In this document: one piece after another, positions 49,101-63,641 of the stretch | Layout of the letters: each line of letters starts with the position of its first letter | Numbering within the stretch: position 1 is the stretch's first letter | Assembly: GCF_009914755.1 (NCBI RefSeq) | Contig: NC_060926.1 | DNA: 64,000 nucleotides | Direction: 5' to 3' (one strand) | Origin: the human T2T-CHM13v2.0 reference genome, Homo sapiens | Position numbers and translations under genes: made by a program | Notes under the pieces: generated by a model | What the model saw: the letters and a program-made list of their open reading frames with translations, nothing else | Told to the model about the DNA's origin: nothing | Database searches by the model: none

Positions 49101-50749
49101 ATGTGGAAAAGACCTCCTCTTCAGAAAACAGTGATGAGAAAACTGGGTATCAATTTGCAGAACAATAAAACTAGACCCTTATCTCCCACCATATCAAAAA
49201 GGATTAAAGCCTTAAGAGTAAGATCTGAAACTGCAAAATTAGTAGAAGAAAACACTCCAGGACATTTGTCTCATCAAAGATTTTATGGCTAGGACTTCAA
49301 AAGCACAGGCAACAATAACAGAAATAGACAAATGAGACTATATTAAACTAAAAAGCTTCTGCACAGCAAAGGAAGCAATCAAGAAAGTGAACCTGTAGAA
49401 CGTGAGAAAAAATTTGCAAACTATTCATCTGACAAGGAGCTAGTATCCAGAATATACCAGAAACTCAAACAACTCAACAGCAAAAACTCAGCTAATCCCA
49501 TTAAAAACTAGGCAAAGGATCTAAATAGACATTTTCCAAAAGAGGCATAGTAATGACCAATAGATAGGTGGAAAAATGCTCAACATCACTTACCAGGGAA
49601 ATACAAATCAAAACCACAGTGAGGTATCATCTCACCCCAGTTACAATGGCTATTATCAAAACGACAAAAAATAAATGCTGGTGAAGATGTGGAGAAAAAG
49701 GAACTCTTATATACTGTTGGTGGGGGTGTAAATTATTATTGTCTTTATGGAAAACAGTATGGAGTTTTCTCTATAAACTAAAAATGGTACTACCATATGA
49801 TCTAGCAATCCCACTACTGTGTATTTACCCAAATGAAAGGAAATCAGGATATCAAAGGATACCTGAACCTCCATGTATATTGCAGCATTATTCATATGAT
49901 AGCCAAGATATGGAATCAACCAAAGTGTCCATCAATGGATGAATGGATAAAGAACATGTGGTATGTATACAAAATGGAATACTATTCAGCCACAAATAAG
50001 AATGAAATACTGTCATTTTCAGCAGCACAGATGAAACTGGAGGTTATTATGTTAAGTGAAATAATCCAGGCACAGAGAGACAAATATCACATGCTCTTAC
50101 ATGTGAGAGCTAAAAAAGTGAAACTCACAGATGTAGAGAGTAGAATGACGATTACCAGAGGCTGGGAAGTGGGGTAGGGGTGTAAAGAGAGGTTGGTTAA
50201 TGGGTACAAACATACGATTAAATAGAAGAAATAAATTCTAGTGTTTGATAGCATGGTAGGGTGATATACAGTTAACAATAATGTATTGTATATTTCAAAA
50301 TAGCTAGAAAATAAGATTTTAAATGTTCCCAACACAAAGAAATGATGAATATTTGAGGACTGAATATCCCAAATACTCTGATTTAATCATGCATTGTGTG
50401 CATTTATCAAAATGTCACATGAACCCCATAAATATGTATACTTATGTATCTAATAAAAAGTGTTAAAATATTTTAAAATTTAGATAGGTTGTAAATATTC
50501 TGACAGTAATATTATAATTATTGCAAGTCTACATCTCAGAACTAGGGAGTTTCTGAAGATGCTACTCACCTCTAAGATGTCAGATTTATTTTAAGTCAAA
50601 AATTCTTCCTGTTTCTCATGACAGCCAAAAACTGTTTGCCTGGTCAAGTACATCCATCAGCTTTTTCGTCCTTAGGTAGAAAAGCTCTGAATAATGGATA
50701 GTTCGGTGTCAAAAATGTCCTAAATTATAATCCTGCATGTCCATGGAGG

Positions 50750-50950
50750 ACCTAATAATTTATACAGGTATTATCTTATTTGATGTTCAAAGTAACCCCA
50801 CAAGATGGTTAAAGATTATTATTTTTGTAATATAAGTCAAGAAAATGAGACTCTAAAAAGCCTTGTTCAAGTTGACAGTAAATGACCCAGTGGGGACTCA
50901 ATCCAGAACTTCCAAAACCTACAGCTAATGCACTTGCTGCTATATCACTC
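50750..50950 (-). mobile_element. MIR
   Basis: ATCTTATTTGATGTTCAAAGTAACCCC...GAAAATGAGACTCT...GGGACTCAATCCAG. Confidence 0.55.
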
Positions 50951-53799
50951 TGCTTCCGATCACACAATATACTTTAACTTGAGGGATTGATAGCAGAACC
51001 TCAACTGCTGTCTTTAAAAGGAAAGTATAAATTTATTTTATGGTGTATTAGAAATTACAGAATATTGTAAAGGACAGAGATATAAAGTGTGGTTATTGTC
51101 AAAAAGAGCCTTTGCAAAACAGTGTCTCAGAAGAACATTTATTTCCTTCCCATGTGTCTTCTGATTCATGTCTGCTTAGTTTACTCAGAAAAATAAATAT
51201 TTTACTGCCATCTGCCCTGCAGAACCAATATTACTACAGAAGAGCAAAATACATGCTATTCTGCTTCAAAAATCAAAAATATCGCTGACTAAATTCTGAT
51301 TGCAGTCACCATTGTTGGCAATGAAATACAAGGCAAGAGGAATCCTTTTTTTTTTTTAATGTTTCCAATGCTATGTTCTTAATGTAAAGAATACACATAA
51401 ATATTTGGCAAAATGTTACATTTCAACCCTGTTTCAGAAATACCTGAATTTATCCTGATAGAGACAAAAATGTTTGACATCTCAAGTAATGAATGTGGGA
51501 GTGTGCTCTGATATGAGTGGCAGTCACAGATCTCATTATTAGGAGATAGAGATTTAATTTAAAAATCCTTGATTTTTATGTGACAGTAATATGCAGCAAG
51601 TCTCCAAGAAATTGAGAAACATTGTACTGGTCCAATCATGCCTAACAGCGATTTGAAATTAGGTAAAGTAGAATTCTTCAGCCACAGAAAGTACATCTAC
51701 ATAAATATCAAGAGCCTCTGCATGATTGCGTCAGCTCTTATCATTATAATGGCAAAGACCCAGCAGCTGAAGCCAGCAAAGTCAATCAAAGCCACAGTGA
51801 AACTGGCTCAACTGTTAACTGCAGGACACAAATGCCTATCTTCCTCCAAGGGCAGTAATGACTCTTAAACCTGCAACATTAAAGGCTTAGTGAGGAACTT
51901 TTGGTACAATTCAGACAAGATCAGGCACATTCAGGGTGGTACAGATGTAGACAACTTTTGGTACAATTGAAAGGCAACCCAGCATTTAAATAGTTCTCCA
52001 AATTTTTGAATGTTCTTTTGCACCAGATAGAAATTTTTGCCTCCTTTCTACATTCTTTTGTCACTAGTACATTTAACTTAAGAAGCAAGAATCTTCTCTG
52101 AAATGTCCTATCTTGTGAAATGGCAAAAATGAACTTTATCAGACCAGAGGCACAGAAGCAAAAAAAAAAAAACAAACAAAAAAAAAAACCTCACAAAAAA
52201 CCCGTTGAATCCAGGCCACTCTCCTCTCTTAAATTCGGGCATATTAAAATCACATTACTTTCATATTTTAAAGCAGATGGGGGAAAATCATAGTTATATT
52301 TTTCATCCAGTCCATTCACCTGAACATTATAAGATATCTACTCTTAGCAGTGAACCCGGACACTATCCTTCATGGTTATATTTCTGTTTCATTTGTCTTC
52401 CATCAGAACTCCTGAAGATTCTTTTTTTAAAATCCATTAATTTTACAATTACACAGTTATTAAAAACTCCATTTATATATTGTTTACCATCTTACATATT
52501 AAATATTGACAACTGGATTTTTCAAATGAAACTCAGTATCATTAAAAAATTACCTTGTTCTTAGAGTTGCCATTTTCTTGTTTATCTCAACCTTAGAAAT
52601 GTGCTTGGAATAACTGTATCTGCATATGTCCTCACATGAATTCAACTTTGCCAAACAAAATGATACCAAAATGCTATCTATCTAAATGTACTCCAATCAT
52701 GCATTCAAGGTTAAATTAACCTTTGATTATATACTTGGTCTGAACAATGGAGTCTGAGCATTGAAAGTCTTTATTTTCCACTGCAGATCAATAAAGCTAA
52801 TGAAATCAACCATTTGCAGGTGAAATGCCAAGTAATTCACCAGATCAACTCAGGGTTAAGGAGACCTGTGAAGTGAAAGGGTCACGCCAGTGTGCAGCGG
52901 GCTGATGACAAATGGGCCCCCTATGATGGCTCCCACACTACAAGCCAACTATGTCAGCCCATCACCATATACTAACTCTTGTCTTTTAGAGAGGAAATGA
53001 TGCGATCAGCCATTTTCTATTAAGTGAGTGTTCTATAGTTTTGGTTTGCTTTTCCCCTGGGAGTGGAAAAGCACTGTTGAGGTTGAGAAAAACAAAAAAT
53101 ACAAATTATTGTCTGGACTTACCCTCAAAGGGTAAGGGGGCAGGTAATTAGTACCTGCAGAGTCCAAGCCCAATACAGAGGCTTTGTTATCACTCTGTCT
53201 AACCAATTAAGGTAACTTCTTAAGACCTGAACGTGACCTTCTTTTATATATTTGCATGCCATTCTTTTGAAAGGGCCTAGCTCATATTTTCCTGTCTTAA
53301 ACATATTTTAATGTGTGTAGCAGGAACATCTCATTCTCCCTCCAGCCTTTATTAGCTGCTTAGGATTGCTACTGGTGGTAGGCCCTTCTCTTTTTCCCCA
53401 TTTTGTGTTTGTTCTTTCTGCTCCTTCTTTGGTATATAATACACACATATAATCACCATGTAAACACACACACACACACACCTTCTTTCTCACTAATAGT
53501 CACATTTCTTGTTGTTAGAGTCAACACTTTGATGTTAGTGATCATGTGCCTTTCTAGCCAATAAGATATAGAAAGTAGTTTTTGGGTGTGGCTGACAGAA
53601 CTAGTGGGCTCTTTTGTCTGCCTCTCAGTCTCAAATGACGTGATGGTCAGAGTTTCAGTGGACACCATGTAACAATGATACAAGGTAGAAAATGGGAGCC
53701 ACTGCCCTAGCCTCTAGACTTCATGTTACAGAAGAGAAAAACAATCCCCTACCTGCTTTAGGCTGCTGACTTTCAGATCCATGCGACTGATCTGAGATA

Positions 53800-54010
53800 C
53801 ACCAAGTATTTATTGCCCTCCTTACACCAAGCACTTTATAGGTTCCCATTTCATCTTCATAGCCCTTCGAAATATCACTTTCCCCATTTTACAGATGAGG
53901 AGACTGACTATAAGATGTGAAGCTGCTTGTCACAATCATGCAAGTTAATTTTTCTAACAAAGTTAGCCCAGTATTAAACACTATGGTGTGTGGCCTCTGA
54001 CACTGCCTTT
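53800..54010 (-). mobile_element. MIR
   Basis: CCCCATTTTACAGATGAGGAGACTGA core. Confidence 0.75.
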
Positions 54011-54104
54011 CATAGTTAGTTCTCGTTAGATGTTGCTTCAGGAAGATCAGGGGCTGATTCTTTGTGGCAGACTCTTTCCTAACCACATCTAGGTTCAAAA
54101 TTGT

Positions 54105-54360
54105 TGTGGAAGGATAAAGTGGCAGTCAACAGTTTGGGCTCTTGAGTCAGACAATCTGGGCTCAACTCTCAGCAAGACGAGGACTACCTGCATAACCCTG
54201 AGAGATAAGTTACTTAAACTCTCATCTTTAAAATGGGACAAAAACACTAATAAGAAAATTAAGGCTGTTGTGAGAATTATTTAATACATATAAAAGAATG
54301 AAAACAGTGTCTATTCATACTAGGCAGGCAACAAGAAAGCATTCGTTGCTATCTATGATT
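54105..54360 (+). mobile_element. MIR
   Basis: GGGCTCTTGAGTCAGAC...AAGTTACTTAAACTCTC...GTTGTGAGAATTA. Confidence 0.75.
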
Positions 54361-57300
54361 ACTATACAGTACTAGCTTTAAGGAGTTTATACAAATTAGA
54401 GCACAGTTGCTTTACTAATAAAAGCCAAAGGGCCATTTACTTTCAACACTAACTGGAAATAAAAATTTTCCTAACTTTTTGATAGTGACAGTGAGTGAAT
54501 GTTGAAGTAAAAGCCAAATTCTGGGGGCAAGGAGGGGAGAAGAGAGAAAGAAAACAAGCTAATAATGTAAAGGGCAAATGGAAAAAAAAAAGTCGTGTTG
54601 CATTCATTGAAGTGGATGAACTTCTGATGGCTTATAAAATAGGCAATTCCAAGAATTCTGCAGAACCTTTTTTTTTCCTGTGAGACGACAAAGCTGGAAA
54701 GTAACCAGAGAGCATCTAAGCTCAGAGATTTTAAGACTGAATGCCACTGAAGGGTCAGTAAGGGGTAAAAATACATAGCAAGGCAGGAGAATGGTGGTAT
54801 GGGGTGAATGGAAGTCCAGCACCAGCAGAAAAATAATAATGGTAAGCCAAAGACAATGTGATGAGACTTCTGTTCAAGATGCTAAGACAGGGATGAAGGC
54901 AGAAACCCTTCTATGAGGGAAGACCCTATTAAAAGCAAGAAGAAAACACCCAAATTTAAGATGGAGACAAAAGGAAAATCTAATAATCAAGGGAGAAAAA
55001 AAACTTTGAGCTCCAATTCTATAGCCTTTTAGCTTACATGTGATATAATATTTAAAATAAGAAGACAACTGAAGCAGGCTGTTATCTTTAGTAATCCTGA
55101 TGACCACCTACAAATGCAAAAGATTTATAAAGAAACAAAATTTTGGAAAAGCTTCAAAACAAGAGAAGGAAATGGCTCAGGATTGATATTTTATTTCACT
55201 GTTTCCTGACACTAAGCACATGCTGAAGATTTTAGTAGGCATGATCCCATTGAGGACAGCAAACTCTTAAATTCCTTTTTTTTGTTACATGAATTCTTTT
55301 CCTTCAAATATTATAATATTTAAAATATTCCCCAGAGGTAACCACCTGAGTATAATATTTCTATAGATTATTTACTACTCAAAGAAGGATAAATGGTTTA
55401 TTGTCTCTAATTCCCACAATGCACAGATATAATGAAAATTGAATAGCTGTATTTTCTTGCAGATGAAAAAACCACAAAACCACAAGCTTATCTTTCAGTG
55501 AAGCAAAATAGCTTACCTGTCAATTCTTAAGAAATTATAGAATAACATAAAAAGACATAAAGCAATTATTATATATACTTCCATTTGTTTGTTCTTTCTT
55601 CCTCTTTCGACTATGGTCATAGGAAATTGGTTGGATTTCTACTTGATATCCGCTCCCCCCAAATGTCTAATTGATAATCATCAATTGATAGCCTTATATT
55701 TTTGTATCATAATTAACATGGCTTTTAAGAGTATATTCTTCTTATGCCTTTTAAAAAATCCCCATTACCCCCTCTACACCTACATGGCTTACATTTGCAT
55801 TTTAGCAGATTTCCTATGAATACTGCCTTTACTTTTGGGTTATAATACCAAGATTTTTATACATCTCTATAGCATTACCAAAAAGAGAGTGTCCGGCCAG
55901 GAAACATTACAAAGACTTGCTGCTAAAAAGATTAACTATCAATGTACAGTTTTTTTGGTATAGAATACTACGGATAAATCAGTAGCCATTTGGGCAGGGG
56001 ATGACTAGTCATTTACAGTGATCATTCATGAGCCCAGGTCTCCTTTGGAAAGGAAAATGCTTACTAAGTTTTGTCTGCAAGTTTGTCCCAAGCCTCAAAT
56101 GACCAAGTTGCCTTATTTTATCAACTATTCCTTTCAAAGGGCCAGGTTACACCATTTTAAACAAGTCTATGCCAATTATTTTCAAATGGCAAATGTAATC
56201 CAATGCACCATTTTATACAGATAGATAGATAGAACGAGTTTCTGGTTTTCAGAAGAATGGGTATGGATGCTAAAGGTGTTGTTCCCATTGACTGTCCCTT
56301 TCTCTGCCTGAAAACCACGGTAAAATAACATGATGAACAACCTGATGTAACTCTCAATACAACATATGATGAGTGAAAATGACTTAGGTGGAGGTACGGT
56401 CAAACCCAAGTGCCAGCATTGGGAACATAGACCATAAGGAAGAAGCTGATTTACCCCTCAAAACCCCACTAAGAGAAAACAACTGCCACCTTATAATTGC
56501 CAAGTCAGACAGTCAGGTGTGATGGCCAAATGAAAACCTTTTCCAGACAAAATATTTATTGATTGTATTCTTTCTTACAAACCAACTGATACACTCCATC
56601 AAAATATACATGTAAAGCAGAAAACAGCGAATCCAATAGAGAAGAAAAGCAACAGGGTTCCCAGCAATTGGGAAAGAAGGGGAGTCCCCGGATGAAGGTG
56701 AGGTGGCAGGTCTCACTGGCAGCCAGTCCAGATGGGAGTGGGAAGGCATGGGGGTGCCAGGAGAAGTATTTCCAGGAAAAAAAAATGAAACTATTCATCT
56801 ACTGCCTGAATAGGTTTGTCTTGCAGAAAAAAATGTATTGTAAGACTGTGAGACTTTTTAGAAATATCAAAGCCATGGAAGATTTAGATATGAGTTCAAA
56901 AATTTAGACAAATTTTAAAAACTAATAAAAAATGAAGAAAAACAAAGTTTACAAAAGTGCAATTATTGCAAATGACTTGGAAGAGCAATGAATATTTCCA
57001 TAGTCATTGTGGTGAAAACCCCAGAAAGAGATTTAAATTACCCACTAGGAAGATGGGGAGAGGGAGACAGAAGGAATCTGAGTGCCAAAATCATCATCTA
57101 CTCCAACAGGGAATCAATAGATGCTTAAAATGAATGAGTCAAGAAAATGCAATACAGACATATTTACTAAGTAGAAGGTAAAATACCGAAAACTGTTACA
57201 GGAGTACTAAGTGTTTCTGGGCAGAAGTTGAGAGAGCTAGAGAAGGCATGCATTTTAGTCTAAATCTTCTAGCAATATTTGAATTTTTAAACTACATGCA

Positions 57301-57380
57301 CAAATTGCTACAAAATAAAAAGATTTTAAATGCCAATAATCAGTTTTAAAAATCTCTCTGACATAAACAACCACCCTCCC

Positions 57381-57671
57381 TTTTTTTTCTTTGAGACAGA
57401 GTCTCCCTCTGTCACCCAGGCTGGAGGGTAGTGGCGTGATCTTGGCTCCCTGCAACCTCCGCCTCCCAGGTTCAAGGGATTCTCCTGCCTCAGCCTCCTG
57501 AGTAGCTGGGACTACAGGCATGCATCACCATGTCTGGCTAATTTTTTGTATCTTTAGTAGAGATGGGATTTCATCATGTTAGCCAGGATGGTCCTGATCT
57601 CCTGACCTCAAGATCTGCCTGCCTCAACCTCCCAAAGTGCTGGGATTACAGGTGTGAGCTACCGCCCAGCC
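57381..57671 (-). mobile_element. AluS
   Basis: Full dimer, antisense. Confidence 0.93.
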
Positions 57672-58279
57672 AAAAACAAAACAAACAAACAAAAAAAACA
57701 AAAAAACCCTTTCTAATGACTACATCTGACTTCATAGAAAACCAGCATGAATATTAAAAAGACACATTTTTTTAGAAAGGTAGATGAAATAAATCTGGAT
57801 AGATTTAACTACTGTTTAAATTATCTTCAGATTAAATTTGCTAACTTAGCAAATTAAATACGGACGGCAAAAAAATCATTTCCCATTCATGGTTTCAGCA
57901 AACTGCATTTCCTGTTTCTGACTTGAATTCCTAATTTTAAAAAAAAAAAAAAAACGGCTAATAAAATATTGATAAAATGCCATTCTCTTCTGCAAAAGAC
58001 TAGAAGTACCACTCAAGAGGAATCAAACAATGTTTAGTACATAAGGTGAATATTAACTCATCCGATCCTAAGATAAATCCTAGATACCTTGCCAAAAAAT
58101 ACCTGATTATATCCAGAGCAAACACTGATTTGGTTCTTTTAACAAGTGAGTCATGTGTAGCAAGGTAGACTTTGTTGAAACACAGCAATACCCGCTAGCA
58201 AGAAGGTCTCCAACATGATGTTTCTCTTGGACAGGAAAAGTAGGGGCCTGCCTTGCCAAAAACAATACCTGTGCAATCA

Positions 58280-58412
58280 TCTGTTTATTCGTTTGGCTCT
58301 TCTACTAGAGTGTAGTAAGCCCATTGAGGACTGGGGCTATATCTTATTCACCTTTGTTCCTCCAGGTGAGCAACACAGTCTGATACCCAGTAGGTCCTCA
58401 TAGTCAATGAAT
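58280..58412 (+). mobile_element. L2 3' end
   Basis: CTAGAGTGTAGTAAGCCCATTGAGG...CAGTAGGTCCTCA...AATGAAT. Confidence 0.65.
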
Positions 58413-58603
58413 CAACATAGTACAAATTACTGGGTTAATTAGTATCAGATTCTTTCTCACCCTCTTAAAATGTAAAGCCAGATCTTTAGGAAGGAAAAGG
58501 ATAAAATGCATATGTATCACTGCAAGTGAATCTTTGCATAGCAGTTTAAGTAAGAGGATACTCACTGAAAAAGTCAAATGCCTAGTCTTTGTACTTTCTG
58601 TTA

Positions 58604-58966
<363 letters not shown>

Positions 58967-60391
58967 TTATTTTTCACAATGTACTAATTTTATTTTAATA
59001 TAAATGCCATAAGTGTTAATCCTTAGTTCTACAGCCCAGAAAATTAATCTGAATTTACTACCAGATGCCAAAATTTCAGCACTTATAGAAAAAAGGAAAG
59101 AATTACTACAAAGAGGATGGTAATGTCTTTAAGGCACATCATCTTATTCTACATCCCTTAGCTTTAGAAATGTGTGTGATGGGTAATCAGACACACTGCA
59201 TACGTAATATATAGTTAGAGTTAGTCAAACACACATACACACACATACATACATACTTCTCACATCACAATAGGTGCTAAAATCAAAAATACAATTTCTG
59301 AATGGTGTGATGATGTCACAAGTAAATTCCAGCAACAAGTGGTGCTAAAGCAGTAGTGACTTGAAACTGTGGCAAATGCAGGCATAAAAATCGCCTAGAG
59401 AATTTTTTTGAACCACATTCCTTCTTTCCACTCGCTTTCTCTTACCCTTTGATGGTGTTTTTTCGTTTGTTTTTACCCCTTCTATCCTCGACTAGGAGGG
59501 CGTAGCCTCCCAGTTGAAAATCACTTGTACTGAGCCACAGTTACTGACTGGAATATCATTAACTGGAAAATTACGTACTTCTAGTCTGCTGCAGAGGAAA
59601 GCAACACACACATACACTTAAAAATTACTTGAGTTTTTAAGCATGGCTTAGTTTAGAAATGGTAAATGTATTCCAGCTGATAAACCAACTTGACTAATTA
59701 GATGTGGTTGTCTGAAACAAAAATTGAGAAAGATCTCAAGATCCTTTGCAGTCTCAGAAACAAAGTACAGTGATTAGTAATGTCTGCTGAGGTAGAGGTG
59801 GGGTTGCCCCAAGTGTGGGACAGACAGTCTTCCCTTATGGTTGTCCTAGAACAGTCCAGTAAGTTCATTTGGTAGATATCAGATCAAAGGCTCTATTAAA
59901 GCATAACAGCAAATGCTTTAATAGCCTTAAAGACACAGGTGCCCCAGGGGGTAGTATGGGATAGAGAAAAAACACAGGCATTTGTTGTAGGTCCTGCCAT
60001 TTGTGAGTAGAATGATCTTGGGTGAGTCACTAGTGAGTTCTCTGGACCAGTTTCCTCATCTTAACAAAATAACTTCTCACAAGCAAGATAATCTCTGAGG
60101 TCTCTACCAAAAAGCAGATTGTTTCTCTTTTTTCTTTTTATGGTTAGTTTTTAACCCATAAGGTGTTTTTAGTCACACAGGTAAAGTTTCACCAACTCAT
60201 GAGAATCACAGCAGTCAGTTAAGGCTCCTTTTCTAATTTTTGTATTTTAGGTGTAACTACAGGTTATAATTTAAATATGTAGGCTATGCACCACATTCTG
60301 CAGAGATGGTAGCCATGGATACCAACTTAGCGTGACCTTTTAAAGAAACTTTGTCCCCTCCCACTCCAAATTTATTATAAAGATAATAATA

Positions 60392-60618
60392 CTCAAGACC
60401 ATCCTGGCCAACATGGTGAAACACTGTCTCTACTAAGAATACAAAAGTCAGCTGGGCATGGTGGCAAGTGCCTGTAATCCCAACTACTTGGGAGGCTGAG
60501 GCAGGAGAATCGCTTGAACCCGGGAGGCGGAGGCTGCATGCAGTGAGCCATCGAACCACTGCACTCCAGCCTGGGTGAGAGTGAGACTCCTTCTCAAAAA
60601 AAAAAAAAAAAAAAAAAA
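60392..60618 (+). mobile_element. 5'-truncated AluS
   Basis: Starts TCAAGACCATCC; TSD AAAGATAATAATA at 60379 and 60619. Confidence 0.93.
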
Positions 60619-62190
60619 AAAGATAATAATATAGTAATTGTTTCTATAATAGAAAGAATCCAAATATTCAACACCAGGGATTCAGTTAAATAAATCATGA
60701 TACATCTTGTTGATAGGATACTACACTTTTTGAAATTGTGTATAAGAATACTTAATTACAAGGAAAAACATGGAAATTAAAAGCATACACAGAGTTTAAT
60801 GCCTTAGTTATAAAACCTATATAGGTGTGCTTAAATAGGCGGGAAAAAAAAGATTCAGAATCCTATTTCCCTAAAAAGGAAAACAAATTCTCGGATCATC
60901 ATGGCGAGCGGGAGGCAGGACTACGTTGTAGCTCTGGACAGAGCAGCATGCAGGGGCTCACATCATGAATTTTAGCTCCAGGTTGACTGCAAGAACAAAC
61001 CAGCAATCCCGAGAAGACCCACAGACCCTCGGAAGGAAGAGAACTGCTCCTGCAGGACCCGGAGACACCCCAAATACTGTGAGTGCCCCAGCTGCGGAAG
61101 TGGGAAAGGGAGACCCTCCTCTCCTGAACACACACCCCCACTGGAGAAGCTGGAAGTCTGTTTGTGGGAGAAGTTACCGACTTTACTTGGAGCTGAGTCA
61201 ATTTGGATGGCCAAGTGAAATACAGGGGTAGAGGAAGCAGCAGAAAGACCCTGGGAGCTCACTGGGTCCCCAAACAGCCCATTCCTGCCTGGCTAAAACA
61301 GGGATCCATACCGAAGGCAGCCAGAGAAGCAGGGGCTAAAACTCCACAGGGAGAAGGAAATCTCCAGCAGAACGTTGTAAAAATTTGAACAGGGTGAGAA
61401 ACCTCCTGGCCAGAACTTGGGGGAGGGTGCAAATCTGGTGTGCAGATGCCACAGGTGGGGATAGAACCAAACCCTTTTCTTTCCCAGCTGGGAGGCGGGT
61501 AGCCTGGGGCAGATTTTCAGGCCTGTCTAGCCCTCCACCTGGAAACAGACTCAGGGCTGTTCATCGGGGGACACAGTGGGAGTGAGACCGGACTTTCGAT
61601 TTGCGTGGGAGCTGGGTGAGGCCTGTGACTGCCAGCTTTCCCCCACTTCCCGGACAACCTGCATGACTCAGGAGAGGCAGCTATGATCCTCCTAGGTATA
61701 TAACTCCTAGGTATACGATTCCCAGTGACATGGGAATCTCATCCCCATCCCCAGCCGCAGCAAGACTTGCCCAAGGAGAGTCTGAGCTCAAACACCGGAT
61801 GGTCCTACCCACCCTGGTAGCAGAAAACAAAGGGCACACAATCTTGGGAGTTTTAGGGCCCCGCCCACCACTGTTTCACCCACACATTACCACAGCTGAT
61901 GCTCTCTGGAAAGTGCCACCTCCCGGCAGGAAGCCAACCAGCTCAAAAATAGAGCATTAAACCACCAATGCTAAGAACCCTCAAGGAGTCTATTGCACAC
62001 ACTGCCCTCCTCCCATCCGCCACCTCCACAGGGAAAGGCACTGGTATCCAAGGTAGAGAGACCCATACATAGACTGTTCATATCACAGGTCTCTGTGCAG
62101 ACAGCCCCCAGTACCAACCTGGAGCCAGGTAGACTTGCTGGGTGGCTAGACCCAGAAGAGAGACAACAATCACTGCAGCTCGGCTCACGG

Positions 62191-62767
62191 TGTGTCAGGA
62201 GTTGGTTCCTTCTGGTAGGTTCTTGGTCTCACTGACTTGAAGAATGAAGCTGTGGACCTTCATGGTGAGTGTTAAAGCTCTTAAAGTTGGCATGGACCCA
62301 AAGAGTGAGCAGCAGCAAGATTTATTGTGAAGAGCGAAAGAACAAAGCTTCCACAGCGTGGAAAGGGACCCAAGCGGGTTGCTGCTGCTGGCTGGGGTGG
62401 CCAGCTTTTATTCCCTTATTTGTCCCTGCCCACATCCTGCTGATTGGTCCATTTTACAGAGTGCTGATTTGTGCATTTACAATCCTTTAGCTAGGCACAG
62501 AGCATTGATTGGTGCGTTTTTACAGAGAGCTGACTGATGCATTTACAATCCTTTAGCTAGACACAGAGCGCTGATTGGTGCTTTTTTACAGAGTGCTGAT
62601 TGGTACATTTAGAATCCTTCAGCTAGACACAGAGTGCTGACTGGTGCATTTACAATCCTTTAGCTAGACACAGAATGCTGATTGGTGCGTTTACAATCCT
62701 CTAGCTAGACAGAAAAGTTCTCCAAGTCTCCACTCAACCCAGGAAGTCCAGCTAGCTTCATCTCTCA
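62191..62767 (-). mobile_element. LTR12 (ERV9) solo LTR
   Basis: TG...CA ends, 4-bp TSD ACGG/ACAG, tandem GCTGATTGGTGCATTTACAATCCTTTAGCTAGACACAGA units. Confidence 0.93.
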
Positions 62768-63316
62768 ACAGGAAGACATATCCACAGGAAAAGGTGGAGA
62801 GTACTACATCAAGGGAACACTCCATGGGACAAAAAAATCTGAACAGCAGCCTTCAGCCCTAGACCTTCCCTCTGACAGAGCCTACCCAAATGAGAAGGAA
62901 ACAGTAAAGCAACCCTGGTAATATGACAAAGTAAGGCTCTTCAACACTCCCCCAAAAAATCACACTAGTTCACCAGCCAGGGATCCAAACTAAGAAGAAA
63001 TCTCTGATTTACCTGAAAAAGAATTTAGGAGGTTAGTTATTACACTAATCAGGGAGGGACAAGAGAAAGGCAAAGCCCAATGCAAGGAAATCAAAAAAAT
63101 GATACAATAAGTGGAGGGAGAACTATTCAAGGAAATAGATAGCTTAAGAAAAAATAAAAAATTCAGGAAACATTGGACACTTTTAGAAATGTGAAATGCT
63201 CTCGAAAGTCAGCAATAAGACTGAACAAGTAGAAGGAAGAAATTCAGAGCTCGAAGACAAGCTCTTCGAATTAACCCAATCCAACAAAGACAAAGGAAAA
63301 AGAATAAGAAAATATG

Positions 63317-63641
<325 letters not shown>

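Larger units (their letters stand above)
40422..50464 (+). mobile_element. Full-length old L1 (L1MA4-like) with nested insertions
   Basis: GC-rich 5'UTR starting AAATGGCTGACT, decayed ORF1/ORF2, L1MA-type 3'UTR; TSD core AATTTAGATAG at 40411 and 50477. Confidence 0.88.

Noticed and set aside
60899-62235. Multiple short ORFs in a GC-richer region
   Set aside because: L1PB 5'UTR sequence
62440-62710. Tandem ~40-bp units resembling a CRISPR-like array
   Set aside because: No unique spacers; these are the known CCAAT repeats of LTR12 U3 in a human context
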